64,000 bases of DNA from Burkholderiales bacterium (GCA_035549715.1 DASZQJ010000096.1:5006-69005); one strand, 5' to 3'; shown: positions 35,843-44,851, numbered from the stretch's first letter. Notes: generated from the letters alone by a model not told the origin. Translations and numbers: made by a program.

Positions 35843-37225
35843 GTGACCACAGGCTCCCCCCCCAATTCCCTGCTGCAGCGCCTCGTGCAAGTCCGCCGCG
35901 AGGAACTCGCGGCCATGCTGTGGTCCTTCGCCTATTTCTTCTGCCTCCTGTGCGGGTACTACATCCTGCGCCCGGTGCGCGACGAGATGGGCATCCAGGG
36001 CGGCGTGGAGAACCTCGCCGAAACCTTCACGGCCACGTTCGTCGTGATGCTGGCCGCCGTGCCCGCCTTCGGCTGGCTGTCCGCGCGCTTTCCCCGCCGC
36101 CGCCTGCTGCCGATCGTCTACCTGTTCTTCGCGGCGAACCTGCTCGTCTTCTACGGGCTGTTCACGGCGCATGTGGCGCCGGCCATGGTGGCGCGCGGCT
36201 TCTTCGTCTGGGTCAGCGTCTACAACCTGTTCGTGGTGTCGGTGTTCTGGAGCTTCATGGCCGACCTGTTCCGCGACGAGCAGGCGCGGCGGCTCTACGG
36301 GTTCATTTCCGCGGGCGGCACGCTCGGCGCCCTGGCGGGCCCGGCCCTCACCGCCCACCTGGCGGCGGACATCGGCCCCGCGAACCTCCTGCCCATTTCG
36401 GCCGGGATGATGCTGCTCGCGACGGTCTGCGTGGCCCGCCTCGGCCGCTGGGCAAGGACCGTGAGCCGGCGCAGCGCGGGGGGGGAGGCCCTGGGGGGCG
36501 GCGTCCTCGCGGGCGTGACGCTTGCGCTGAAGTCGCCCTACCTCATGGGCATCGCGCTCTACGTGTTCCTGGGCACGGTGCTCGGGACCTTCCTCTACTT
36601 CCAGCAGGCCTACATCGTCGCGGCCGAGATCCCGGCCTCCGGCAGCCGCACCGAGCTGTTCGCGAAGGTCGACCTCACGGTCAACGCGCTTACGCTGCTC
36701 TGCCAGCTGCTCGTGATCAACCGGGTGATCGGCCGCTTCGGGCTGGGTGCAGCGCTGATGATCCTGCCGGCCATCGGCGCGCTCGGCTTTTTTGCCATCG
36801 GGCTCTTCCCGACGCTCGTGGTGCTGGTGGCCTTCCAGGTGCTGCGCCGTGCGGGCGAGTACGCCATCGCCCGCCCCGCCCGCGAAATCCTGTTCACCGT
36901 GCTGAACCGCGAGGAGAAGTACAAATCCAAGAATTTCATCGACACGGTCGTGTTTCGCGGCGGCGACGCCGTCAGCGGCTGGCTGTTCGAAGGCTTGCGC
37001 ATGCTGGGACTGGGTTTCGCCGGCATCGCCTTTGCCGGCGTGCCGCTGGCGCTGCTCTGGGCCGGCACCGGCTGGATGCTCTCCCGCTCCCAGGACGAGG
37101 CGCGCCGCCATCTCGAATACCTGAGGAGGAAAAATGAACAGGACATCGCACAGGCCGCAGCGGCGGTCGATGCTCAGGATGCTCGCAGCGGCGCCGCTGC
37201 TGGCGGCGATGCCGGCGCTCGCTGA
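35843..37225 (+). CDS. ATP/ADP-translocase-like (TLC/AAA family, MFS-fold) transporter
   Basis: 460 aa with about 12 TM segments. The N-terminal FAYFFCLLCGYYILRPVRDEMG resembles the TLC signature F..L..Y..LR..KD. GTG start. The 3' end overlaps the next gene by 92 nt. Confidence 0.6.
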   Translation: MTTGSPPNSLLQRLVQVRREELAAMLWSFAYFFCLLCGYYILRPVRDEMGIQGGVENLAETFTATFVVMLAAVPAFGWLSARFPRRRLLPIVYLFFAANLLVFYGLFTAHVAPAMVARGFFVWVSVYNLFVVSVFWSFMADLFRDEQARRLYGFISAGGTLGALAGPALTAHLAADIGPANLLPISAGMMLLATVCVARLGRWARTVSRRSAGGEALGGGVLAGVTLALKSPYLMGIALYVFLGTVLGTFLYFQQAYIVAAEIPASGSRTELFAKVDLTVNALTLLCQLLVINRVIGRFGLGAALMILPAIGALGFFAIGLFPTLVVLVAFQVLRRAGEYAIARPAREILFTVLNREEKYKSKNFIDTVVFRGGDAVSGWLFEGLRMLGLGFAGIAFAGVPLALLWAGTGWMLSRSQDEARRHLEYLRRKNEQDIAQAAAAVDAQDARSGAAAGGDAGAR

Positions 37226-38063
37226 AGGCGCGGCCCCCGTGACGAAGCGGGCCATTCCCCGCAGCGGCGAGATGCTTCCCGTCGTCGGCCTCGGCACCTA
37301 CCAGTCGTTCGCCGTCGGCTCCGGCGCAGACGGGCGCGGTCCCTTGAAGGAAGTCCTGCGGCTGTTCGTCGAGCACGGCGGCAAGCTCGTGGACAGCTCG
37401 CCGATGTACGGTCCGTCCGAAGGCGTGGTGGGTGACCTGGCCGCGGAACTCGAACTCACCGACCGGCTGTTCATGGCCACCAAGGTCTGGACCAGCGGCC
37501 GCGAATCCGGCATCCGCCAGATGGAGGAATCCATGCGGCGCATGAAGGTCAGGCGCATGGACCTGATGCAGATCCACAACCTGCAGGACTGGAAGACCCA
37601 CGCGAAGACCCTGCAGGAATGGAAGGCCGCCGGCAGGATCCGCTACACCGGCATCACCCACTATCACTCGGGCGCCTACGACGAGCTCGAGCGCCTGATG
37701 AAGACGAAACAGTTCGACTTCGTGCAGTTCAACTACTCGATCTCGGAGCGGGAGGCCGAAGACAGCGTGCTGCCGCTCGCGCAGGACACGGGCACCGCGG
37801 TCATCGTCAACCGCCCGTTCGCGCAGGCGGGCCTGTTCTCGCGGGTGCGGGGCAAGGAAGTGCCGGCATGGGCGGCCGAGTTCGATTGCCGCTCATGGGG
37901 ACAATTCTTCCTCAAGTACATCCTGGCCCACCCGGCCGTGACCTGCGTGATCCCGGCCACCAGCAAGCCGAAGCATCTCGTGGACAACATGGGCGCAGGC
38001 GTCGGTCGATTTCCCGACCCGGCGATGCGCCGGCGGATGACGGCCTACATCGATGCCCTCTAG
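37134..38063 (+). CDS. Aldo/keto reductase with Tat-type signal peptide
   Basis: AGGAGG Shine-Dalgarno 6 nt upstream. The sequence MNRTSHRPQRRSMLRMLAAAPLLAAMPALAEG is followed by LGTYQSF, DSSPMYG and the AKR barrel motifs. Confidence 0.85.
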   Translation: MNRTSHRPQRRSMLRMLAAAPLLAAMPALAEGAAPVTKRAIPRSGEMLPVVGLGTYQSFAVGSGADGRGPLKEVLRLFVEHGGKLVDSSPMYGPSEGVVGDLAAELELTDRLFMATKVWTSGRESGIRQMEESMRRMKVRRMDLMQIHNLQDWKTHAKTLQEWKAAGRIRYTGITHYHSGAYDELERLMKTKQFDFVQFNYSISEREAEDSVLPLAQDTGTAVIVNRPFAQAGLFSRVRGKEVPAWAAEFDCRSWGQFFLKYILAHPAVTCVIPATSKPKHLVDNMGAGVGRFPDPAMRRRMTAYIDAL

Positions 38064-38473
38064 CGCTTGCCCGCGGGTGAAGGCTGGGCCGGGACCGACT
38101 CGAGGTCGGGATCGAGGCATGCCCAGGACGGCGCGCTCGCGCTCCAGATATTCGTGCCCGGCCGTATCGAAGACGGATCGTCGAGCGTGCCCACCCGCAG
38201 CACGATGAAACCCGGCCTCCCGGAAGAATCCGCGAACAGGTGGGACCCGCAGTCGGGACAGAAACGGCGCCTGACCTGGTTGCCGCTGTCCGCCGCCTTC
38301 ACATGCTCGGCGGCAACCCCGGAAATCTCGAGGGCATCGCCGGGGAAGATGGCGTTCACGGTCCCGTTCGAGGCGATTCTCTGGCAATCGCGGCACCAGC
38401 AGATCCGCGCGACGACCGGTTCTCCCGCGATCCGGTAGCGGACCTTCCCGCACAGGCACCCCCCCGTCCTCAT
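38060..38473 (-). CDS. GFA (glutathione-dependent formaldehyde-activating enzyme/CENP-V) family protein
   Basis: ATG at 38473 gives MRTGGCLCGKVRY...CWCRDCQ...FCPDCGSHLF, the zinc-binding Cys pattern of GFA proteins. Confidence 0.85.
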   Translation of the reverse strand: MRTGGCLCGKVRYRIAGEPVVARICWCRDCQRIASNGTVNAIFPGDALEISGVAAEHVKAADSGNQVRRRFCPDCGSHLFADSSGRPGFIVLRVGTLDDPSSIRPGTNIWSASAPSWACLDPDLESVPAQPSPAGKR

Positions 38474-38549
38474 TGCCAGCCGTGCGGGACGGCCCGCGCC
38501 CACGCCCGCCGGGGGCCTGCCGGTGAAATGGCAACGCTTGCCGGCATCC

Positions 38550-39743
38550 TTACAACAACCTCCTCGCGGCAAGATTCCTCATGAGGTCCGCCACCCCGAA
38601 GGACCAGGGCTCGACCTTGTCGCAATGGTTCACGCGATTGACGAGCGTGCCGAGCGGGTCGGCCTGGATGCTGACCACGTCGCCCAGCTTGTGGGTGAAG
38701 CCCTTGCCCTTCTCGTCGCGGTCCTGCACCGGCGCGAACTGCGTGCCCAGGAACAGCATCGTGCCGTCGGGATACTGGTGGCTGCGGTTGACGGCCTGGC
38801 CGGCCAGGTCGAGCGGGTCGCGGCTGATGTTTTCGAGGCGGCTTTCGCCCTTCAGCAAATAGCCTTCCGCGCCCCGGACCTCGATGTGGATGTGGGTGCG
38901 GCGCAGGTCGCCGATGCCGTAGTGCCCGTCGAACAGCCGGATGAACGGACCGATGGCGCAACTGCCGTTGTTGTCCTTGGCCTTGCCCAGCAGCAGCGCG
39001 CTGCGGCCTTCGAAATCCCGCAGGTTGACATCGTTGCCCAGCGCGGCGCCGACGACCTTGCCGGCGCGATTGATGGCCAGCACCACTTCCGGCTCGGGAT
39101 TGTTCCAGGACGAATCGGCGCGGATGCCGATCTCGGCGCCCACGCCCACCGCGGACAGCGGTTGCGACTTGTTGAACACTTCCGCGTCCGGGCCGATGCC
39201 CACTTCCAGGTACTGCGACCAGAGGTTGCGGCGGATCAGCGATTCCTTGAGCTTCATGGCATCGGGCGAGCCCGGCTTGACGCTGCGGATCTCCCCGCCG
39301 ATCTCCTCGCCGATGGCGCGGCGGATTTCCTCGGCCTTGCGGGGGTCGCCTTTCGCATGCTCCTCGATGACCCGCTCCACCATGCTCGACACGAAGGTCA
39401 CGCCGCAGGCGCGCACCGCCTGCAGGTCGCACGGCGCCAGCAGGTAGGGCTTCCTCGGGTCGCGGCGGTCGGCGTGGGCGTTGTGGATCAGGTCGGCCAC
39501 GCCGCCGAGGGGCCGCGCCCAGTCGGACGCGACGGCTTCGCGCACGAGCTTCAGCGGCTCCCGGCTATTGGTGAGCTCCGAGGTGGTGGCGACGACGCGC
39601 GACACGTCGTAGGCCGTGCCCTGCACGACCGCGACCGGGCTCGGTCCGCCCGGCTGGCCCGCCACGGCGGGAATCCAGGCACGCCCGACGAGGGTGGCGC
39701 GTTCGAAGTCCTTCGGGAGCACCTGCGCGGCGGTGAATTGCAT
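38550..39743 (-). CDS. Fumarylacetoacetate hydrolase (FAH) family protein, long form
   Basis: ATG at 39743 gives 397 aa. The C-terminal FAH fold carries motifs VVGAALGNDVNLRD, GPF and LGDVVSI. Confidence 0.8.
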   Translation of the reverse strand: MQFTAAQVLPKDFERATLVGRAWIPAVAGQPGGPSPVAVVQGTAYDVSRVVATTSELTNSREPLKLVREAVASDWARPLGGVADLIHNAHADRRDPRKPYLLAPCDLQAVRACGVTFVSSMVERVIEEHAKGDPRKAEEIRRAIGEEIGGEIRSVKPGSPDAMKLKESLIRRNLWSQYLEVGIGPDAEVFNKSQPLSAVGVGAEIGIRADSSWNNPEPEVVLAINRAGKVVGAALGNDVNLRDFEGRSALLLGKAKDNNGSCAIGPFIRLFDGHYGIGDLRRTHIHIEVRGAEGYLLKGESRLENISRDPLDLAGQAVNRSHQYPDGTMLFLGTQFAPVQDRDEKGKGFTHKLGDVVSIQADPLGTLVNRVNHCDKVEPWSFGVADLMRNLAARRLL

Positions 39744-39756
39744 GGGATCTCCGGGC

Positions 39757-40341
39757 CTAGTCGGCTTTTTCGATGAGGAACATGTTCTCCGTCGCGCAGG
39801 CGGGCGTGCACAGCACGACCCAGCCGTCACGCTCCGAGCGGAAGCCATAGTAGGCGTCGAGCTCGTGGCCCAGGTCGTTGATGGCCACCAGCTGGAGCAT
39901 GCGCGCAGGCGGGGCGGTGTCAGGATAGGTGGGCAGTTCCGCGGCGAATTGCTCGTGGCGGGCGCGGATCTGCTCCGCATTCAACTCGCGGGTCTCGAAG
40001 CGGGTGAAGAACCGCGCCCCGGCCTGCCCCTGCGATGCTTTCGGCGCATGGGCGGGGATGAAGGGCCGGTCGAAGAAGCTGCCGGGATAGCGCCAGTTCC
40101 AGACTCCGTTGGCGACAATCATGTGCATCGACGGCGTACACTGCAAAATCCCCGAAGCGGCGATCTCCGCGGGCAGTTCGGTGGCCACCTTCGGCCCGGG
40201 ATGCTCGCAATCGATGAGCGCATAGCCGCCGGTTGCGTCGGATTCGGAATGGGCGACGGCAAGTCCTGCTGCGCCGCACATCAGCAGCGCGCCGCCCAGG
40301 CGGGACAGCCAGCGGCGAGGCGCCAGGAAACGATTTGACAC
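39757..40341 (-). CDS. Secreted Cys-containing hypothetical protein
   Basis: GTG at 40341 is preceded by GGAGGG at 6 nt. Signal-like RRWLSRLGGALLMCGAAGLAVA. No recognisable domain. Lies 13 nt upstream of the FAH gene. Confidence 0.45.
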   Translation of the reverse strand: MSNRFLAPRRWLSRLGGALLMCGAAGLAVAHSESDATGGYALIDCEHPGPKVATELPAEIAASGILQCTPSMHMIVANGVWNWRYPGSFFDRPFIPAHAPKASQGQAGARFFTRFETRELNAEQIRARHEQFAAELPTYPDTAPPARMLQLVAINDLGHELDAYYGFRSERDGWVVLCTPACATENMFLIEKAD

Positions 40342-40437
40342 GATGAACCCTCCCCTCAAGTTATCTGCCGGACGGCCTTTGCGCGGGGATTATACAGAGC
40401 GCCTCCGGTGCCCCGTCGAACCGAAGCGGGCGCCGCG

Positions 40438-41892
40438 ATGATCGATCGTCCGCTGGTCTTCCTCGACCTGGAAACCACCGGCGCCTCCCCGGGATCGGAT
40501 CGCATCACGGAAATCGGCCTGCTGGAGGTGGAGCACGGCGAGCTGCAGGGCGAATGGAGCACGCTGGTCAACCCGGGCCGTGCCATCCCCTTCAACATCC
40601 AGGCGCTCACCGGCATCACCGATGCCATGGTGGCGCAGGCGCCTCGCTTCGGTGAGATCGCCGAGGCCCTCTTCCGCCGGCTGCAGGGCAGGGTGCTGGT
40701 GGCCCACAACGCCCGCTTCGACCATGGGTTCCTGTGTGCGGAATTCCGCCGGCTGGGCCTGCGCTACGAGCCGGACATCCTGTGCACGGTGCGGCTCTCC
40801 CGCAGGCTTTTCCCCGAGCATCCACGCCACAACCTCGACAGCCTGATCGAGCGCCACGGACTGTCTTGCGAGAATCGCCACCGGGCTTTGGGCGACGCGA
40901 AAGTGCTCTGGGCGTTCACCCGCGAGATCCTCGCCGACCCCGGTCCGGAACGGGTTCGCGAAGCCGTCGACGAATTGCTGCGCAAGCCGATGCTCCCCGC
41001 GGCGCTGCCGCCGGGCATCCTGGAGGACATCCCGGAGGGCCCCGGGGTGTACGTGTTCCATGCCGGCGACGAGTCGCCGCTCTACGCAGGCCGTTCGACG
41101 AACCTCGCCAGCCGCGTGCGGGCGCACTTCAGCGGCGATTCCCGCTCGCAGCGCGATCGCCGCATCGCCGCCGACACGGCACGGATCGAATGGACGGCCA
41201 CCGCGGGCGAACTGGGGGCGATCTTTCGCCAGGCCCAGCTCATCGAGCGGCTGTCTCCGGTGTTCAACAGGAAGCGCCCGGCGCGGGAGGTTCCCTGCGC
41301 CTGGCATTGGGACCCGGTCGACGGGCCCGTCGTGCCCGAATTCGTCGACCTGGACGACCTCGAATCCGCCGCCCGTACCCCCTTGTACGGCATGTTCCGC
41401 ACCCGGCGCGTGGCCCGCAATGCCCTGCGCGACCTGGCCGATGCGCACGAGCTGTGCCATATCGCCGTCGGACTCGAGCAAGGCCAGGGACCGTGCCTGG
41501 GCCATCGCCTGAAGCGTTGCCGCGGGGCGTGCATCGGCGCGGAAAGCGTGCTCGCCCACGCCATGCGCATGACCCAGGCGCTGCATTCGCTGCGCTTGCC
41601 CGACTGGCCCTTTCCGGGACCGATCGGCCTGCGCGAGCACGACCCGGCGAGCGGCCGCAGCGAGATCCACGCCTTCGACCGCTGGCGCCATCTGGGCAGC
41701 TTCGCAGACGAGGCGGAACTGGCGGAAGGGCTGCGCGCGCGCCGCGACGGCGCGTTCGACTACGAGACGTGGCAGCTGCTGCGGCGCTGCCTCGACGATC
41801 CGCCGGTGCACGTGGAGTTCGTGCCGCTCCCGCACGCGCGGGACGCCGGGCGCCTCACTGCCTGCCGAGGAATGCAGCCAGCGCCCGATTGA
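40438..41892 (+). CDS. DnaQ-like 3'-5' exonuclease fused to GIY-YIG (Cho/UvrC-N-like) nuclease domain
   Basis: ATG at 40438. Exo motifs are VFLDLETTG, VAHNARFDHGFL and HRALGDA. The GIY-YIG-type region follows: GPGVYVFH...PLYAGRSTNLASRV. Confidence 0.8.
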   Translation: MIDRPLVFLDLETTGASPGSDRITEIGLLEVEHGELQGEWSTLVNPGRAIPFNIQALTGITDAMVAQAPRFGEIAEALFRRLQGRVLVAHNARFDHGFLCAEFRRLGLRYEPDILCTVRLSRRLFPEHPRHNLDSLIERHGLSCENRHRALGDAKVLWAFTREILADPGPERVREAVDELLRKPMLPAALPPGILEDIPEGPGVYVFHAGDESPLYAGRSTNLASRVRAHFSGDSRSQRDRRIAADTARIEWTATAGELGAIFRQAQLIERLSPVFNRKRPAREVPCAWHWDPVDGPVVPEFVDLDDLESAARTPLYGMFRTRRVARNALRDLADAHELCHIAVGLEQGQGPCLGHRLKRCRGACIGAESVLAHAMRMTQALHSLRLPDWPFPGPIGLREHDPASGRSEIHAFDRWRHLGSFADEAELAEGLRARRDGAFDYETWQLLRRCLDDPPVHVEFVPLPHARDAGRLTACRGMQPAPD

Positions 41893-42637
41893 ACGCCTGG
41901 GGCTGCTCGAGGTTGGACAGGTGCGAGGCCGAGGGGATGACCACGAGCTCCGAGCCCGGAATCGCATCGTGGATCGCCTGTGACATCGCCACGGGCGTGC
42001 CCGCGTCCTGGTCGCCCACGATGACTTGCACCGGCACGCGGATCGCGCCGAGCCGGTCCGTGAGGTCGATCTTCGGAATGGCGTGGCAGCAGCCGACGTA
42101 GCCGTCCACGGGGGTTGCCCGGATCATGGCACCGACCCGCTGCATCATCGCCTTGTTCGACTGGTAGAAGGGTTCGGTGAACCAGCGCTGCAGGGTCGGC
42201 TCGACCAGCGGCTCCATGCCCCGGGCCTTCGCCGTCTGGATGCGTCCCTCCCACACCGGCGCCGCTTCCGGCGGCACCCGGCTGGTGGTATCGCACAGCA
42301 CCAGGCTGCGCAGCCGCCCCGGATGCTTGAGTGCGAACGTCATGCCGATCATGCCGCCCATCGACAACCCGACGTAGTGAGCCTCGCGGATGCCCAGCCC
42401 GTCGAGCAGGCCCAGCAAGTCGTCGGCAAGCATGTCCAGGGAGTAGGCGCCGGCCGGCGCATCGGTCGCCCCGTGGCCGCGCGTGTCGAAGCGCAACACC
42501 CGGAAGTCCCTGGCGAGCAGGGCAGCCTGCTCGTCCCACATCGACACGTTGCAGGCCAGCGAATGGCTCATCACCACCCAGGGGCCCTGCCCTTCGACCA
42601 CGCAGTTGATCGAGATCCCGTTGCTGCTCGTCTTCAT
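41855..42637 (-). CDS. Alpha/beta hydrolase, 3-oxoadipate enol-lactonase-like
   Basis: ATG at 42637 gives 260 aa. HSLACN, the nucleophile elbow GLSMGG, and a C-terminal SHLSNLEQP His motif. Confidence 0.8.
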   Translation of the reverse strand: MKTSSNGISINCVVEGQGPWVVMSHSLACNVSMWDEQAALLARDFRVLRFDTRGHGATDAPAGAYSLDMLADDLLGLLDGLGIREAHYVGLSMGGMIGMTFALKHPGRLRSLVLCDTTSRVPPEAAPVWEGRIQTAKARGMEPLVEPTLQRWFTEPFYQSNKAMMQRVGAMIRATPVDGYVGCCHAIPKIDLTDRLGAIRVPVQVIVGDQDAGTPVAMSQAIHDAIPGSELVVIPSASHLSNLEQPQAFNRALAAFLGRQ

Positions 42638-42768
42638 TCGCGCCTCCGTCCGAGCCGCAGAGTATAGGCCAGCCCCGCGCGGCCCGTTTCGCCGCGCCGG
42701 TTTCGTCGTACCATGGCGGCCACGAGCGGCTGCGGCCAGGGCCGCCGACCCAACCATGGAGGAGTCGC

Positions 42769-43770
42769 TTGAGATACGTCCAGTTCAAGGATCGCAACGG
42801 GGCCCGCAAGGTCGCCGCGGTGTCGCAGGACGGCGCGACGCTGCAGGTGCTTTCCGGCTATGAACGCATGTACGACCTCGCGCTCGCCGCCGCGCGCGCC
42901 AACACGTCGATCGACGCGCTGGCGGCCAAGGCCCCTGGCGGCGCCACCGAGCGCTACGAGGACGTCGCCTCCGCCGGACGCCTGCTGCCGCCGCTCGACC
43001 ATCCCGACCCCCATCGCTGGTTGATCACGGGCACGGGCCTGTCCCACCTGGGCAGCGCCGCCGCACGGGATTCCATGCACGCCAAGATCCAGAAGGACGA
43101 GTCGGAGCTCACCGACTCGATGAAGATGTTCAAGTGGGGGGTGGAAGGCGGCAAACCCGCCCCCGGGAAGATCGGCACGCCGCCGGAGTGGTTCTACAAG
43201 GGTGACGGCCGCTGCGTGGTGCCTCCCGGCGCGCCGCTGGAGTTGCCGTGCTACGCGCTCGATGGCGGCGAGGAGGTCGAAGTCGTGGGCCTTTACGTCA
43301 TCGGGGACGACGGCCAGGTGCTGCGCGTCGGGTTTGCCCTGGGCAACGAATATGCCGACCACGTCATGGAGCGCCAGAACTACCTGTACCTCGCGCACTC
43401 GAAGCTGCGCCAGTGCAGCTACGGTCCGGAGCTGCTGACGGGCGAGCTGCCGAGGTCGGTGACCGGCCGCGCCCGCCTGCTGCGAGACGGCAAGCAGATC
43501 TGGGCCGAGGACTGGCTCTCGGGCGACGACAACATGTGCCACTCGATCGCCAACCTCGAGCACCACCATTTCAAGTACCGGGATTTCCGCGGCCCCGGCG
43601 ACGTGCACGTGCATTTCTTCGGCGCGGCCACGGGCAGCTTCACCAAGAAGGTGGAGACGAAGGTGGGCGACGTGTTCGAGATCGAGGCGCCGGCGTTCGG
43701 CCGGCCGCTGCGCAATCCGCTGGGCGCGGCGAAGGAGCGCAACGACCTCGTCAAGGTCAGGATGCTCTAG
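42769..43770 (+). CDS. FAH-superfamily protein, GguC/AraD1-like
   Basis: 333 aa. TTG start with GGAGGAG Shine-Dalgarno. MRYVQFKD...GTGLSHLGSA...EWFYKG...LGNEYADH resembles GguC-type proteins. Assignment from memory. Confidence 0.65.
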   Translation: MRYVQFKDRNGARKVAAVSQDGATLQVLSGYERMYDLALAAARANTSIDALAAKAPGGATERYEDVASAGRLLPPLDHPDPHRWLITGTGLSHLGSAAARDSMHAKIQKDESELTDSMKMFKWGVEGGKPAPGKIGTPPEWFYKGDGRCVVPPGAPLELPCYALDGGEEVEVVGLYVIGDDGQVLRVGFALGNEYADHVMERQNYLYLAHSKLRQCSYGPELLTGELPRSVTGRARLLRDGKQIWAEDWLSGDDNMCHSIANLEHHHFKYRDFRGPGDVHVHFFGAATGSFTKKVETKVGDVFEIEAPAFGRPLRNPLGAAKERNDLVKVRML

Positions 43771-43789
43771 GCGCTTCCCGATGCAAATG

Positions 43790-43817
43790 AAAAGGGCCGC
43801 TTCGCGGCCCTTTTTCT
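43790..43817. terminator. Bidirectional rho-independent terminator
   Basis: aaaa GGGCCGC ttc GCGGCCC tttttcttt, with an A-run and a T-run flanking a 7-bp GC stem, 20 nt after the + strand stop at 43770. Confidence 0.8.
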
Positions 43818-43849
43818 TTCCGGAAGGATCGTCCTGCGACCGGCGCTTC

Positions 43850-44088
43850 TCGATCAGGGCGTAGGCCGAATGACAACACGCGCGTGCAACGCGCTTGTTG
43901 CGGTGGAGGCTAACCTTCAGGTTATGCCGGAACCAATATGGATGGATTCGAAGTTTTAGTTCCGGCGTAACGCGCCCGAGGGCGCATTAGCCTTCACTGA
44001 AACGTCGCATCCATCCATTGGCAGGACTACGCCCGGGATTTTTCAATCAGGGCGTAGGCCGAATGGTTATGGATGGATTCGAAGTTTT
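43850..44088. other. Structured element with split direct and inverted copies of the folE2 3' coding end
   Basis: 43850-43872 matches 44043-44065 (22/23) and 43937-43957 matches 44068-44088 (21/21). An inverted copy of the ATCCATCCAT core lies at 44008-44020. Long complementary stems pair 43903-43913 with 43987-43997 and 43921-43933 with 43959-43971, with hairpins at 43874-43900 and 43972-43985. Confidence 0.85.
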
Positions 44089-44824
44089 CCGATTCGACCA
44101 CGTAGCCCTCGATGCGCTGGTCGCGATTGAGCACCGTGGCGACGTCGCGCACCAGGTCCTCGACGAACTTGGGGTTGTCGTAGGCACGCTCGGTGACGTA
44201 CTTCTCGTCGGGCCGCTTGAGCAGGCCGTAGAGCTCGCAGGAGGCCTGTTCCTCGGCCATGCGCACGATCTCCTCGATCCACACATGGGCGTTGGTGTGC
44301 GCCGTGATGGTGACGTGGGAGCGCTGGTTGTGGGCGCCGTAGTCGGAGATTTTCTTCGAGCACGGGCACAGGCTCGTGACGGGCACCACCACTTTCATCG
44401 AGAAGGTGTAGCCGCCCTTGTCGATCTCGCCGACGAAGGTCACCTCATAGTCGAGCAGGCTCTTCACGCCCGAGACCGGGGCGGCCTTGTTGATGAAGTA
44501 CGGGAAGGTCATCTCGATGTGGCCGAACTCGGCCTCCAGTCGCTTGACCATGTCGCGCAGCATCGACTCGAAGGATTCCACCGAGATCTCGCGCTCCTGC
44601 GAATTCAGGATCTCGACGAACCGCGACATGTGGGTGCCCTTGAAGTTATGCGGCAGGCCCACGTACATGTTGAAGGTGGCGATGGTGTGTTGCACGCCGC
44701 CATCCTTGTCGCCCACGCGCACGGGGTGGCGAATCGCCTTGATCCCGACCTTGTCGATGGCAAGGCGGCGGGTATCGGCGGAGCTTTGCACGTCCGGAAT
44801 CACGAAGCTGTCCGGCGAATTCAT
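44027..44824 (-). CDS. folE2: GTP cyclohydrolase FolE2 (GTP cyclohydrolase I type 2)
   Basis: 265 aa. IPDVQSS...[10 protein letters not shown]...[11 protein letters not shown]...SLCPCSK...HNQRSHVT are FolE2/MptA family motifs. Confidence 0.9.
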   Translation of the reverse strand: MNSPDSFVIPDVQSSADTRRLAIDKVGIKAIRHPVRVGDKDGGVQHTIATFNMYVGLPHNFKGTHMSRFVEILNSQEREISVESFESMLRDMVKRLEAEFGHIEMTFPYFINKAAPVSGVKSLLDYEVTFVGEIDKGGYTFSMKVVVPVTSLCPCSKKISDYGAHNQRSHVTITAHTNAHVWIEEIVRMAEEQASCELYGLLKRPDEKYVTERAYDNPKFVEDLVRDVATVLNRDQRIEGYVVESENFESIHNHSAYALIEKSRA

Positions 44825-44851
44825 GGGAGTTCCTAAGGCAGGTCAGGGCCG

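Noticed and set aside
43937-43960. tRNA-like fragment (GGATTCGAAG resembles a T-arm)
   Set aside because: No acceptor stem, D-arm or anticodon arm can be drawn around it. The sequence is explained as a copy of the folE2 coding region.
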